A stretch of DNA of 63,028 nucleotides, filler included, from Lenisia limosa (taxonomy: Eukaryota > Protista > Breviatea): the NCBI GenBank assembly GCA_001655205.1. It is 13 parts of 13 records of this genome, joined end to end, with 100 filler letters (N's around TTAATTAATTAA, not from the genome) between each part and the next. Parts side by side here need not be neighbours in the genome. Positions count along the whole stretch, not along the records: positions 46,471 to 63,028 come from LPNZ01006362.1; 12 more parts are not named here. One strand, given 5' to 3'. Of this stretch, positions 52,501-63,028 are shown piece by piece. The translations under genes and the position numbers were made by a program. The notes beneath the pieces are model-generated. The model saw only the letters and a program-made list of their open reading frames with translations, ran no database searches and was not told where the DNA came from. The first letter of the stretch is position 1, and each line of letters starts with the position of its first letter.

Positions 52501-54210
52501 TCGATGATATAAATAGTCTATAAATGTATGTACACTGTACATATCATACAAATCATATGACATGGTAACGGTATATCCTCAATACTTTCTTTATTTACTA
52601 TTATTCTATTGAACTTGCTCTCACGGTAATTTAGCAAACCTGTTAGCCCGATTCCTCCTCAATTCACAGCAAGTGGGACAATGAGGGTGGTACGATGCTG
52701 AAATGTGATACAACCGTGTGGCCATAACCGTAGATATCGACTGTTGACATAGTAGTATCATACTTATTCACGTTCACCAAACTGTGTTGTTGTGTACACA
52801 GGTTCCTCCATATAGAGCTGTGCTGTATGTTTTTCCGTGCTTGCGCTTCCCTTCATTGCTCACACTCCAGGGCCCGTCTCATCTCCAGTCCAACCGTCAG
52901 GACAACAGACACCTCATGACTTAAGTTGGCGGGGCATTGACGCCACGTAATTCTGATACCAGGAAAACAATGACTAATATCAGTATTTCATATATAAATA
53001 TCATTTGATATACTATATGTACCTTTTCCATTACCCAAGAGTATTTACCTCTCTTATGTTCAGGTCTTGACTTACTCCGCGGCGGATTGACAACACCACC
53101 CCTCCGCCCTTCAAGCAGTGATGGTGGGCCCAGTGCTCTTTAGCTTCATCTGTGTTTTTGCTGGTGTTCTTTGTTTTCAATTTCTTTCGGCCACAGAGAA
53201 GCATTCGCAGATCACTCATCGCTACTTTTCTAATTTACTACATTCAATGTCCACTTTTTGTTTTTTATCCTCCAATTCCACTTGAAGTTCCCTCGCATAT
53301 TCACAGTTCAGCCCCACGGCCAGTATTGGAACCCGGGGTGTCGGACACGGGTTCAGAAACCCAACGAACTCGGCATAAACGCCTGGTCAGTACCGGGCTT
53401 ATCACGGCACGAACTNNNNNNNNNNNNNNNNNNNNNNNNNNNNNNNNNNNNNNNNNNNNNNNNNNNNNNNNNNNNNNNNNNNNNNNNNNNNNNNNNNNNN
53501 NNNNNNNNNNNNNNNNNGGTACTTTGAATTCTTGTTATTCACCTATTTACGTTGGATTATTACAATGCTATTCACTGAGTAGTCAAAGGGATTGTCGGAA
53601 CTACCAGAGCTGATGAGCAAAAATCATGACTCTTGTCTATTGAGCACTATTATGAGGTGAGGGTAATGGATATACTTCTGCCCTTATTCTTCCATTCTTT
53701 TGGCTCACCCCCTAGAATACCAGCCCTCTCCCCCATGCGCCTGCCCAAGATTGACGACGCCAAGAAACAGGCATGGGCATGGAGTCTTAAATTGGATAGT
53801 GTTTCCCTCAGACTGTGTTGTGTCGCGTGTTCAATTTTCTGATTTCTTTGACTCCATGCCAACCTCTCACGTGTCCGCAGGAACCAGTCTTCATCACTGC
53901 TCGGAAACGTCGGCCTCCTCGCCAGCCAGTCCCGCAGACCCCGCCACCAAGGATTGTAGGCCATCTCAGACGCTGTGATAAGACAACCATGGTGCAAATA
54001 CTGAAGAGTATTTCTTATTAATACCCATCAATGGATCTTTTTGATTATCTTTCAGACACCCCAGCCATTTCTTGACCCCAAAGATCTCACGTTTGGGCCG
54101 CATCGCCTCCGAGCCCCTACCGGAGTTTGACCCGTCGAGCAGCGCGTTCCCCCCCAGACCGCCAGCTGGACCCCGGGGAAACCGCCCATCGTCAGGGAGG
54201 AGGAGAGGTG
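46550..54210 (+). CDS. One or more large multi-exon hypothetical genes (coiled-coil and low-complexity)
   Basis: Many phase-plausible exons, e.g. DDPSLLRGDLQVVAKDFAESLHRSASFQ, ELEIKLQKQARRELRTIRLL and ALDDPDDLDMDEARAMLAAQNRMSEWSDSDRLVAYPILV. No family recognised; gene boundaries unknown. Confidence 0.4.
47342..47422. mobile_element. Family B MITE, intronic
   Basis: TA-CAGTGACCGGAATAAGTCTTGACCGATTT...TTCAAGACTTATCCCGGTCTTG-TA. Confidence 0.85.
51079..51166. mobile_element. Family A MITE
   Basis: GGGCTTCACTTCGGTTAGAAAAAGACC...TTTTTTGAACCGAAGTGAAGCCCTA. Confidence 0.88.
51648..51790. repeat. (CTCTT)n followed by (CA)n microsatellite
   Basis: Direct inspection; probably intronic. Confidence 0.9.
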
Positions 54211-54639
54211 GGGGTGTCAAGTTTTTGAATTCAATTCTGTTGAACATTAAACAAAGAGGGTTATGGTGTTTTTCTTTGTGTACAGTCAATCGCTGGATCT
54301 CTATGATCCTAGTTTCAATAGAGACTTTACTGCAAAAATGACCACTCAGAATTTGTGGCTCCCGAGTAGGAATATTTATCGTTGACCTTTCTTGTCTGTA
54401 CCATAGAGTTAATGTACTGATTGTCTTGAAGGTAAATGATTCACACCTGCTAGCATTTACTTAGGGGGCAGAAAGACTGTAGCTATTTGTGCATTAATAT
54501 GTTTCTAATACTATCTCATATACTAGTAGCTATGAATAATAAACAACAATTGTACGCTCTCTTGTCATCTTCTATAAATACATACAATAATAATACAGAA
54601 TACAGAGCCACTTAGAACAAAGTTGTAATAGGGACGAAC

Positions 54640-56597
54640 CACCATTGGGCTGGTTTGGTCTCGTCAACTTCTCCAATGAACACAGCAGGCAAGGCAAGCT
54701 CAAAGACATGCTGGACTGATTAATACAATATATTTGTGATGCCAACTTGTATCGATATCTTTACTTTTCAACTCGAATCAAAACGTGATTGACCCCCCCC
54801 CCCTCACCGTTCCAGCAGTGCCATATGGATGACTATGGGTGTAACCNNNNNNNNNNNNNNNNNNNNNNNNNNNNNNNNNNNNNNNNNNNNNNNNNNNNNN
54901 NNNNNNNNNNNNNNNNNNNNNNNGGAGGGAAAACGCCCACTTTCCGATTTCCAAGTCAGTCAGCCAGCCTATATGAAATTGAGCTTGCCGAGGCTTTTCA
55001 AGTCTCGTTTAAACAGACATTAACACTTTCCTTCTGCGTGCCTTGAAAAAAAAAAAAAAAGTTGAAATGACACGTAGTAATGAGAAAACAAAAAGAGCAA
55101 TGGTAACTTCGATATTCCAGTGAGCCTCCAAGTTGCCTACGAGTTAGTCCGCCTGGGTTGGCGGAGGACACGAGTTTGACAAAGCCGCCAGAGTAGGTTG
55201 GACGGTCAGCGTACAGCGGAATCTGGATGAAAGGACCCAGATAAACTGTCGCGGTGGGTGTGCATNNNNNNNNNNNNNNNNNNNNNNNNNNNNNNNNNNN
55301 NNNNNNNNNNNNNNNNNNNNNNNNNNNNNNNNNNNNNNNNNNNNNNNNNNNNNNNNNNNNNNNNNNNNNNNNNNNNNNNNNNNNNNNNNNNNNNNTTTCA
55401 GTCCAATATTGATAGCTTTGAGGAATAACATGGGAATCGTATCAGTGTTATAAGATGATACAAGATTGGTGCATCCTACGTTGAAACTGGTATAAAGGTA
55501 CTTCTGATTTCTGGTCATCACAGTGAGTAGGGCCTGGGCTGCAAAGAAGGTTATTTAGCACATCGTTCTTGAAAACACAATAGGAATATCAACGCACAAC
55601 CAAATAATAAACCTTACTACGGGAGCCTGCTTACCATTAGCAGTTCGGTTGGTGTCTCCTGTGGCAACCTTTTGGATAAGAGAAAGAAGCATACAAAGCG
55701 AAATACAAAATGCTGTCAGATTCATCATAATAAAAGGCATGCTAACTACCGATGTTTATTGAGATTTAATGAGTTCGGCAATTGTAGACAATTTAACCAA
55801 AGAATCAAAGAACTGCCGTATTGATTGATCCTAACACCCCCCCCCCTCAGTATTACAATCAAAGAGACGGGGATTTATACCAACTCACAGTTTCGGTAAA
55901 TTGATAGGTGCAATATGAGGGGAACCCCCAGCCAGCGAAGTTGTTGGTCAAAGTCATATCCAAGTCCAGTCGAACAGGACGTGCTGGTTAGGTGAGTGGG
56001 ATGCTCCAGGAGGGAGGGGCAATTGTGGAATGAGGAAATAAAAAGCTTAATTCTCTCTAAAAATGATACCGATATTAATTCAGTCAATCTCATAGGATGT
56101 TAAGTAATTATCAACACCCCTTCCTACAAGCAGCTTTTCTTGCCTCCTCAGCAGCAGCGTTGGCAATTGCAGCTACTTCAGCCGGGGATGAATACAGATT
56201 GTCAACTAAAATGTCCGTCAGGAGGGGAAAGAGGGATGAATTTTGAACTCTTTGACAGACAGCCATATACAAAACTGGACAAAATACGCTGGTGTGCCGT
56301 GTTAATCCATGACATACTCTATAAACCATCATCTCCAAGGATTGCCTACCATCATGACCTCCAATTGAAAGCTTATCCACATCAAGTTTGTTGATGTGCA
56401 GGGTGTTGTTGACCCCTTGGAACCCAACAAAGGCCAACCTGAGTTCGTGAGAAGAGAAAACCACTTTTAACATTTAACCCATTGTTCAACTTTTTCACTA
56501 CACTCCATCATCAATATTGCCCGAACCTAGCCTACGATGTTGTTGCCAATGAGAATGCGATGAATAGAAGAAGGGTTTTGGTCATTGCACTGGCCAT
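54640..56597 (-). CDS. Multi-exon hypothetical secreted protein
   Basis: Signal-peptide-like MASAMTKTLLLFIAFSLATTS|LAFVGFQGVNNTLHINKLDVDKLSIGG..., with further AG/GT-bounded exons. 3' end uncertain. Confidence 0.45.
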
Positions 56598-56832
56598 GAT
56601 GATCACGATACCGCTTCGATTCACTGTTCTGCTTTTCCACAGTTCTCTTTTCTTCTCTCTTCAGTGCTTCAGTCTTTCTTTTATCTCTAGTCTGGGATGG
56701 TGGAGGCCTGGTGGTATAAAGACTCGATAAAATCCTCGATAATTTTCGATATTTCCATTTTTAGCCAACTTTCTCACTTTTTCTCATCTCTGAAATCATC
56801 TAGTCATCTAGTCTTGATATTTTGTTTTTTGA

Positions 56833-59597
56833 ATGAGTCTTCGTCAGATTGATGGACGGGAAGCGCTTCGGTCCGCACCCCCCCTCCCTGCACCACCTCC
56901 CTTCAAAGTGGGTGCAAATGCGCAGAGGGAGCCCAAAAGGTGTAATAAGTTATATTTTAGTAAAGATTTTAACACCAAAAATGAACTTGTTTTTCTTCTT
57001 GATGAAATTTCCTCTTAAATAGTGTTACTCCCCAGGATGCATCTGTAGTCCACCTTGGCATTGAAGACTATCAAGCGCTTCTCGGGGACAAAGAAAAAGA
57101 GCAAAAGAAGTCAGTTGCTCATGTGTTAGCCCACTCCTCATCCCCAGTGTATGAGGGAATAACATTATTATTCTCTACTACTTGCACAATAAACCCTAGA
57201 AAAGAAACTTGTTTCGATTAGCATTTATCTTCTATATTTGTTTTAGTTTTCAAATACTCGCTTGGACATCGATGGCCAATTGAGAGCTCCGTACTTTCCA
57301 ACAAACTGATACAGATTTCCCCCATTCATCTTCATATATATTGCTTCATACTTTAGCTCTGTTGTCAAAGCCATTTCTGCTGCCGTTATCAAGTCCGAAC
57401 TATCATGGCGAAACAAAATCGATCACGAGTGGCTAAAGAAGGAAGAATTGACGGAATATTGTCAGGTATCTGGCAATGAATATTGAATTGTTATAACACA
57501 TATATACATCGATATCTTATATTAGTATTAATAGGAAAGAGTACTACTCATGTAGAAATAAGGTATTAGATTTCCCCACTGTTTACATGTTCAAATTGAC
57601 TTTTTTCAGAGTATTCGGCGACCTTTGGGGCTCATCTAAATGGGGATGTATTTTTTTGAGCGTAGTTTTCAAAAAAAGGGATAAATAAAAGTGAACAAAC
57701 TAAAAATATGGACAACTTTTGCAACTAAAGGTACGTTTTCCAAAAATTCGTATTTTTTGGTATATAAATGCCTAGTGAATTATCATATGATGTGTTATAG
57801 TATCTTTTGACATTCAAGGCGGTGTATCACATGTGGTCCATTTCGCCAAGGTTGGCACTGAGGCGACCCAAAGGTGGGCCATTACGCTTGTTTTGGTAAC
57901 TCTTTCGGTCAGCTGCAGACAACAATCAAATTTGATTGTTTATGAAATATGATTTTTCCAATTTGATTACCACGGTCCGATTTTTGTCAAAGTAACCAGC
58001 TGTAGGTTCACATGCCGAGCTGTCCAATAACCCGTTCTCCAGCCCGGGAAGAGCAAAAAGGTGGCTGCTTATGCTATAGTTTTCGAGTCTATATTTTATA
58101 CTATATAGTAAGCCCAATATACACTAAAGCACCCTGAGTTTATGGCTTTTTAGGAACAAGAATTCGCCAAAGCTCAGGTACCACTTTGTTGGCGATGGGT
58201 TCAAGCCAGTTGCCTCAGCAGCAGTAGTTCCCATCATCAGACTCCGGACCCAGGCCGGGCTCAGAACTTTCGGCATTCTTCAGGTAGAGGGGACTGCCTT
58301 CATCTAACGTGATAGGGTTTTTTTTTTTGATTGATTTCATATTTACAACATGTGAGTTAATTGTCAATTGAGACAACATTTCAGAGTGGGTTAACTCTGA
58401 AATGTTACAACCTGTTGGCAATTATTATACCTATACTGATAAATTATTCCTTGACAACATAGACTAATATCACCCCATCAAGCTGCGATATTGATATGTT
58501 TGGAGGAAAAGTGGACAAAGGAGGTAAGGAGGGATTCTTTGAGTACCGAATTTTTTTTAAAAAAAGTATGACATTTTAGATACGAATTTAATGGAAACAA
58601 TTGCCCGTGAGCTTCTTGAGGAGTCAGGAGCCCTTATTGGACAGCGGATTTTCAACAGTGTTGCCAAGTTCAAGCCTGATTTGTCAAAGGTACGTGTGTG
58701 TTGTTTTGGAAATTTCTTATGAAGTTTAGAGCCAAGCTGTTTATATTCCCGCATCGAAATATCAGGTGGGTTTCTTGGGGACTTCTCTTTTGAGGGCTTC
58801 TTCAGAAAATTACTCTTTCTAGCTCACGCTTAATTTAGGTGACATTTCTTCCAGTCACAAATTTGCAAGATGCAGTGACATGGGCAACTCTTCCACAGCT
58901 CTACCACTATGTATACAAGTGTGTTGCAAGGTGGGTGAAACCAGGGGACGTAACTCAAACCCGGTTGATTGGTTCAATCAAAACTATCAGCTGAAAGGAA
59001 GGCTGGTAGCTTGCGAGGAAAAAAACTTTTGACCTGATTAATCAAACGTTCAGGAAAGGAAGGAAAGGAGGCTTGGTTATCCCAGTTGAGTTCACAAAGA
59101 AAGAGATTCTTGTCAGTACACCATGTAAGCTGTCTTGAAGCTTTTATAAAGGGTTGGATTAAGTTTCATTTTATTTGATACGTTGAGAGCCTTGCCTTGA
59201 CCGACTACTCTCCTTTTCTAATAGAATGATTACAATATATTGAGAAAAGCTTGCCACAATATCTATATTATCTGTTCATTAACTTGTAATATACTACTTA
59301 TGCAATTTGCCAAAAGTTAATTCCGCAGACCCTTCTGTCTTGAAAGTACAGACCACTGCCATTGGTCATATTCGAGAAGAAGACTATCCCGTTTTGGACG
59401 TATCAATATCGGTAAGTGTTAGGTTCAATTGTGAGATTTCTCTCGACTGTTAGTTTTTGCATAATTAATGAAATGAAAATCCCACAAAAGTAATAATCCT
59501 GCAGGTTGCGAACGAACTAGCAGCAGTGTTTGAGTCTCCCGCCACGTTGTTTTTCGGTGCCGACTTGAACGTTATCGCCGCCATACTCAAAACTTAG
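56833..59597 (+). CDS. Nudix hydrolase domain protein, about 12 exons
   Basis: Spliced ASAAVVPIIR...FGILQ and CDIDMFGGKVDKG|DTNLMETIARELLEESG give a Nudix box (G-x5-E/D-x7/8-RE-x-x-EE-x-G). Confidence 0.75.
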
Positions 59598-59974
59598 CCT
59601 GCGGGGTATGCTTGGTAGATATTGGTTCTTGCTTTTGGAGCGCACTGTAGGCCTGAGAAACTGATTTTTATTTCTTCTTTCTTTACGGTCTTCGTCTCAT
59701 GTTTTAGGGATAGTTCAGTTTCTTCTGTCAATACTATTCATTACGTGATAACATTACTAATGTAATTTTTTGTTTTGGTGATTGAAATAATGATTCAGCA
59801 GCATCTTGGATTAAGCAATTACTAGAATATACGGCATGTTTGCCTTGATCTCGAAATAATTGAACAAAATACAATACAATTACATAATCTACCAACTACC
59901 CCATTATATCAGACCCCCATGTAAGAAATTACTCCGATGATCCCTCTTTTTCTTTCCGTCTCTTCATTTCGTCA

Positions 59975-62130
59975 GCACGACCTTGAAGCGCGGCCTACAA
60001 TGTAAATATATCGCCCAAAAGGATAGTCATTGATAGCATAGAGTATTATGCGTACTGGGATATTGAAATGCAATTCTGGTGTACATCCCAAACAAGTAAT
60101 TATTCTGGGACCAGAGCAAAAAGTAGCATCATGGGTTTTTNNNNNNNNNNNNNNNNNNNNNNNNNNNNNNNNNNNNNNNNNNNNNNNNNNNNNNNNNNNN
60201 NNNNNNNNNNNNNNNNNNNNNNNNNNNNNNNNNNNNNNNNNCAAGATCGTCTAACGACAATAGCCACATACCTGTACACTTGGTGACCGCTTCATTGACG
60301 GTACTTCATCTGCACGCAGCTGCGACGACGACAGCTTCTGCCCACTAAAAAAAATTTATTATTTGTCAATCATTGCGCATGTGTGAATGGTAAAAAAATG
60401 AATAATAGTTGTTAAGGCCCATTCATTGTATCGAAACATATAGAATGCATTGTTCGTGACATCATACAGGAAAAAACAACACTAAACATGGCAGTGAGCA
60501 CCTTTTACAACAGCAATTATTACCATTCGGAGTGGTAGAGACAAGATACACGATGGAATTGCGTTTTTATTATTCAATGAAAAAAGAAAACAATTCGACA
60601 AACCTTTGGGAAAGCATAAAAGGAATTGAAAAGATTGAGAGTGGTTGTAATTTTGCCTGGTCTCTTTGAATGTTGATCAATTCTCCTCCACCCAGAGTTT
60701 CATTTGACTAAATCGTAACAACTTCCATACTTAGGTCTATACTAACACGAGACATATTAATGCAAACCATTTCATAGACAATCCCTCATATAACTATTAT
60801 GAATATCTCCTACATTAGTAAGTAGATTTTTTCCAAGATAAATCTGAAAATAGTAAAGTACAGCCTCCCACCACAATCAGGCCTTGTATATCATCGTCAG
60901 TTGCTGTAGGCCCAAGGGCGTCCTTTAGCCGCACCATCTAATGCATAATTTCCAACTCTTGAACATATTGAGATGGACTAATAGATTTAATTTGAAATAC
61001 AAAAGATTAGCACCAGCTCACCTCAACGTTCAAATCTGGACGGAGAGAAGTCAAAATATCAACAACAGTCTTCTCGCGTTCTTCGATTCCTTTGATTAGG
61101 CCTCCATGCTTCTTGAGTCCGAGAAGCTTGTCTCCTGTTAATTAACGTCAAGTTCAATACAAATAGCTGAAAGGTAGAAACCTGACACAATTGTCAATCC
61201 AAAATCGTATGTCTCTATCTACCAACTAAGAATATATATGTATACATAAGCATATTACTCTAATATGTATCTAATATCTATATCATATCTAGAACACCAG
61301 CCACGAACCAGCAATGCCACAGACGACCCTTCTTTCAGCCAACAAGGCGGCTGAGCACATCATCAGAAGGTGCCCAGAATGCAGGCGGTCAAAGGTTCCC
61401 TGGTGTATAAGAAAAAATGGACCTATTTTGGAGAGTAGCATGCAGATACGAGGGTTACAAAACATTCTACTGCAAATTGAATTTTGAGGGTTTGCGAGCT
61501 TTCAAAACACCCCCCCCCCCCAACGCCAAAAGCAATACAAGGAAGCTGGCTGATTTGTATAGTTTTCTTGGACAATGTGGACAATTTTATAGTGGGGGTA
61601 CATCCAGGAAGGAATTGCGTCCTAAATGGTTATAGAAGATAACCAAAGAAGCAACATCAAGTATCTTGTCCAATTGCTGGTCCGCTAAAAACAAGCCCCT
61701 GCAAACAGACCACCCCGGACCCACGATATCTCCTTGTTGTCACAGTCATTGATTACGTCGAGAATAACGTCAACTTTAGGTGCTTTCAGAAGATCTTGGT
61801 TGCCGGCAACGCAAAGAACACCCACCCCGCTTTCAGCACTGTTGAAAGAGGACCTAATTTGAGGAACTTCAGCAGAGGCAGAAAATACCTTCCCAAATGC
61901 TTCAATAAACTCATTACTCTAGATGTGGTCAGAATAATATTGTTTTAAAACGATAGACCGGATAGATGAAAAGATAACCCGTTGCCTAACCATACCTGAA
62001 TCTCAACTGCAGTTTCCGAAACAAGGGCAACGAAGAGAAGACTATCCACCACTTCACAGGCTTTTTTTAACTTTTCTTTGATTGATTCCAGGTCAGATAG
62101 CGCGATGGGGAGCAAGGCTGAAGCCAGCAT
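59975..62130 (-). CDS. Phosphopantetheine adenylyltransferase (eukaryotic Cab4/CoA-synthase PPAT type); 3' end uncertain
   Basis: GTFDRLHSGHLLMM (HxGH), GDKLLGLKKHGGLIKGIEERE, LKDALGPTATDDDIQGLIV|SNETLGGGELINIQR and GQKLSSSQLR. Confidence 0.88.
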
Positions 62131-62348
62131 ACTGAAACTGAGACAAAATGGAAACAGAACAGGCAACTTCCCCTGTCAATATATAGCGTGTATTATCTAG
62201 TTATATAAATAGTAACTCTTTTTCGGTATAAAGCATAAAAACTAGAAAAATGTTGATGACCATTATTTTATAGTATAATTTTCTAGGGTAACGTTAAACC
62301 AGTAAATAATGATCACGATTTTAAAGTAATTTGAAGTACAAACTTCTG

Positions 62349-62420
62349 GCTGTGATAGTATAATGGTCAGTACAACAGATTGTGGCTCTGTAAATCCCGG
62401 TTCGATTCCGGGTCATGGCA
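62349..62420 (+). tRNA. trnH-GUG: tRNA-His (GUG)
   Basis: Full cloverleaf GCTGTGA/TCATGGC, anticodon loop TTGTGGC, T-arm CCCGG-TTCGATT-CCGGG, discriminator A, then a T6 terminator. Confidence 0.96.
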
Positions 62421-62955
62421 AACTTTTTTCTCCTGACTACATTTTTTTCTCTCTCTTTTTGCTTTTTTGTTTTTTGCTTTTTTCTTACTTTTAGTGTTAT
62501 ATATTACAATACCGGTTAAATAAGCAACACTACCAACACGCATATATATTCCATACATAACTGCTCATCCATTAATCCACATGATCCACCAAGTACATCT
62601 CAAACTTTCCCTTGTTTGTTTTACACTGTATTACACGGTCTGTGAAGGTTTCTATATGGGTTGTCAATTACTCTACATACCATTACATATCACATGATAA
62701 TACTATTATCTCTTCTATAGGATTATATTACTATTGTATGGGTTGAACACCAGGTGTCCTCTGGTTTCAACTTGTTGTCAGTCATACTGCTCTACTGGAT
62801 GAGAAGTGTTATCAACTACAGTTCTCAACATGAGCCATTGGAGGAATGAATGAAGCTGTTGCAACTGTTTCAATTCAACTTCCTTTGGCGCTCATCCGGT
62901 CATGCAGAACCGTAGTACTGACAATCATCAATTTTGTAATTTCAGAAATGATATA

Positions 62956-63000
62956 TATCACACCGTCAATATATCTGTGAATTTTCCTCTATCTGTGAAA
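62956..63000. mobile_element. Family F element left end, cut by the window edge
   Basis: TATCACACCGTCAATATATCTGTGAATTTT matches 19321-19350. Confidence 0.7.
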
Positions 63001-63028
63001 AAAAGCCAAATGAACATTTTCCTTGATA

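Noticed and set aside
58140-58421. Minus-strand ORF (…GPESDDGNYCC*GNWLEPIANKVV…) suspected to be a transposase relic
   Set aside because: The plus strand of the same bases gives a splice-bounded exon (ASAAVVPIIR...FGILQ) of the Nudix gene.

Overview
This is eukaryotic (protist-like) nuclear DNA from a draft pseudomolecule, not a prokaryotic contig. Twelve 100-nt spacers (N44-TTAATTAATTAA-N44) join 13 separate scaffolds, so neighbourhood across spacers is not evidence of linkage. Genes are intron-rich, with canonical GT-AG introns ranging from about 23-45 nt to several hundred nt, and the genetic code is standard. Hand-spliced recognisable genes are a GCN2 HisRS-like domain fragment, a DNA polymerase X, a class-2 DYRK kinase, DRE2/anamorsin, SEC61G, ALG3, ribosomal protein eL42 (RPL44), an LRR protein, a GFAT C-terminus, ARV1, TFIIIC tau95 (GTF3C5), a Nudix hydrolase, a phosphopantetheine adenylyltransferase and tRNA-His(GUG). 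Introns and intergenic DNA carry at least five families of small inverted-repeat elements. The main leads are: (1) a ~125-nt structured repeat whose six copies all lie sense to their apparent host genes, one starting exactly at a splice donor; (2) an intronless, AT-rich, giant-virus-like scaffold with a DUF4116-type repeat protein; (3) a tRNA-like gene whose acceptor-stem mismatches resemble 5'-editing substrates; (4) a 37-bp triplication across a GCN2 exon-intron junction that creates frame-preserving candidate microexons; (5) an antisense gene apparently nested in a Pol X intron. All identifications come from remembered motifs; no database search was run, and exon boundaries are manual.
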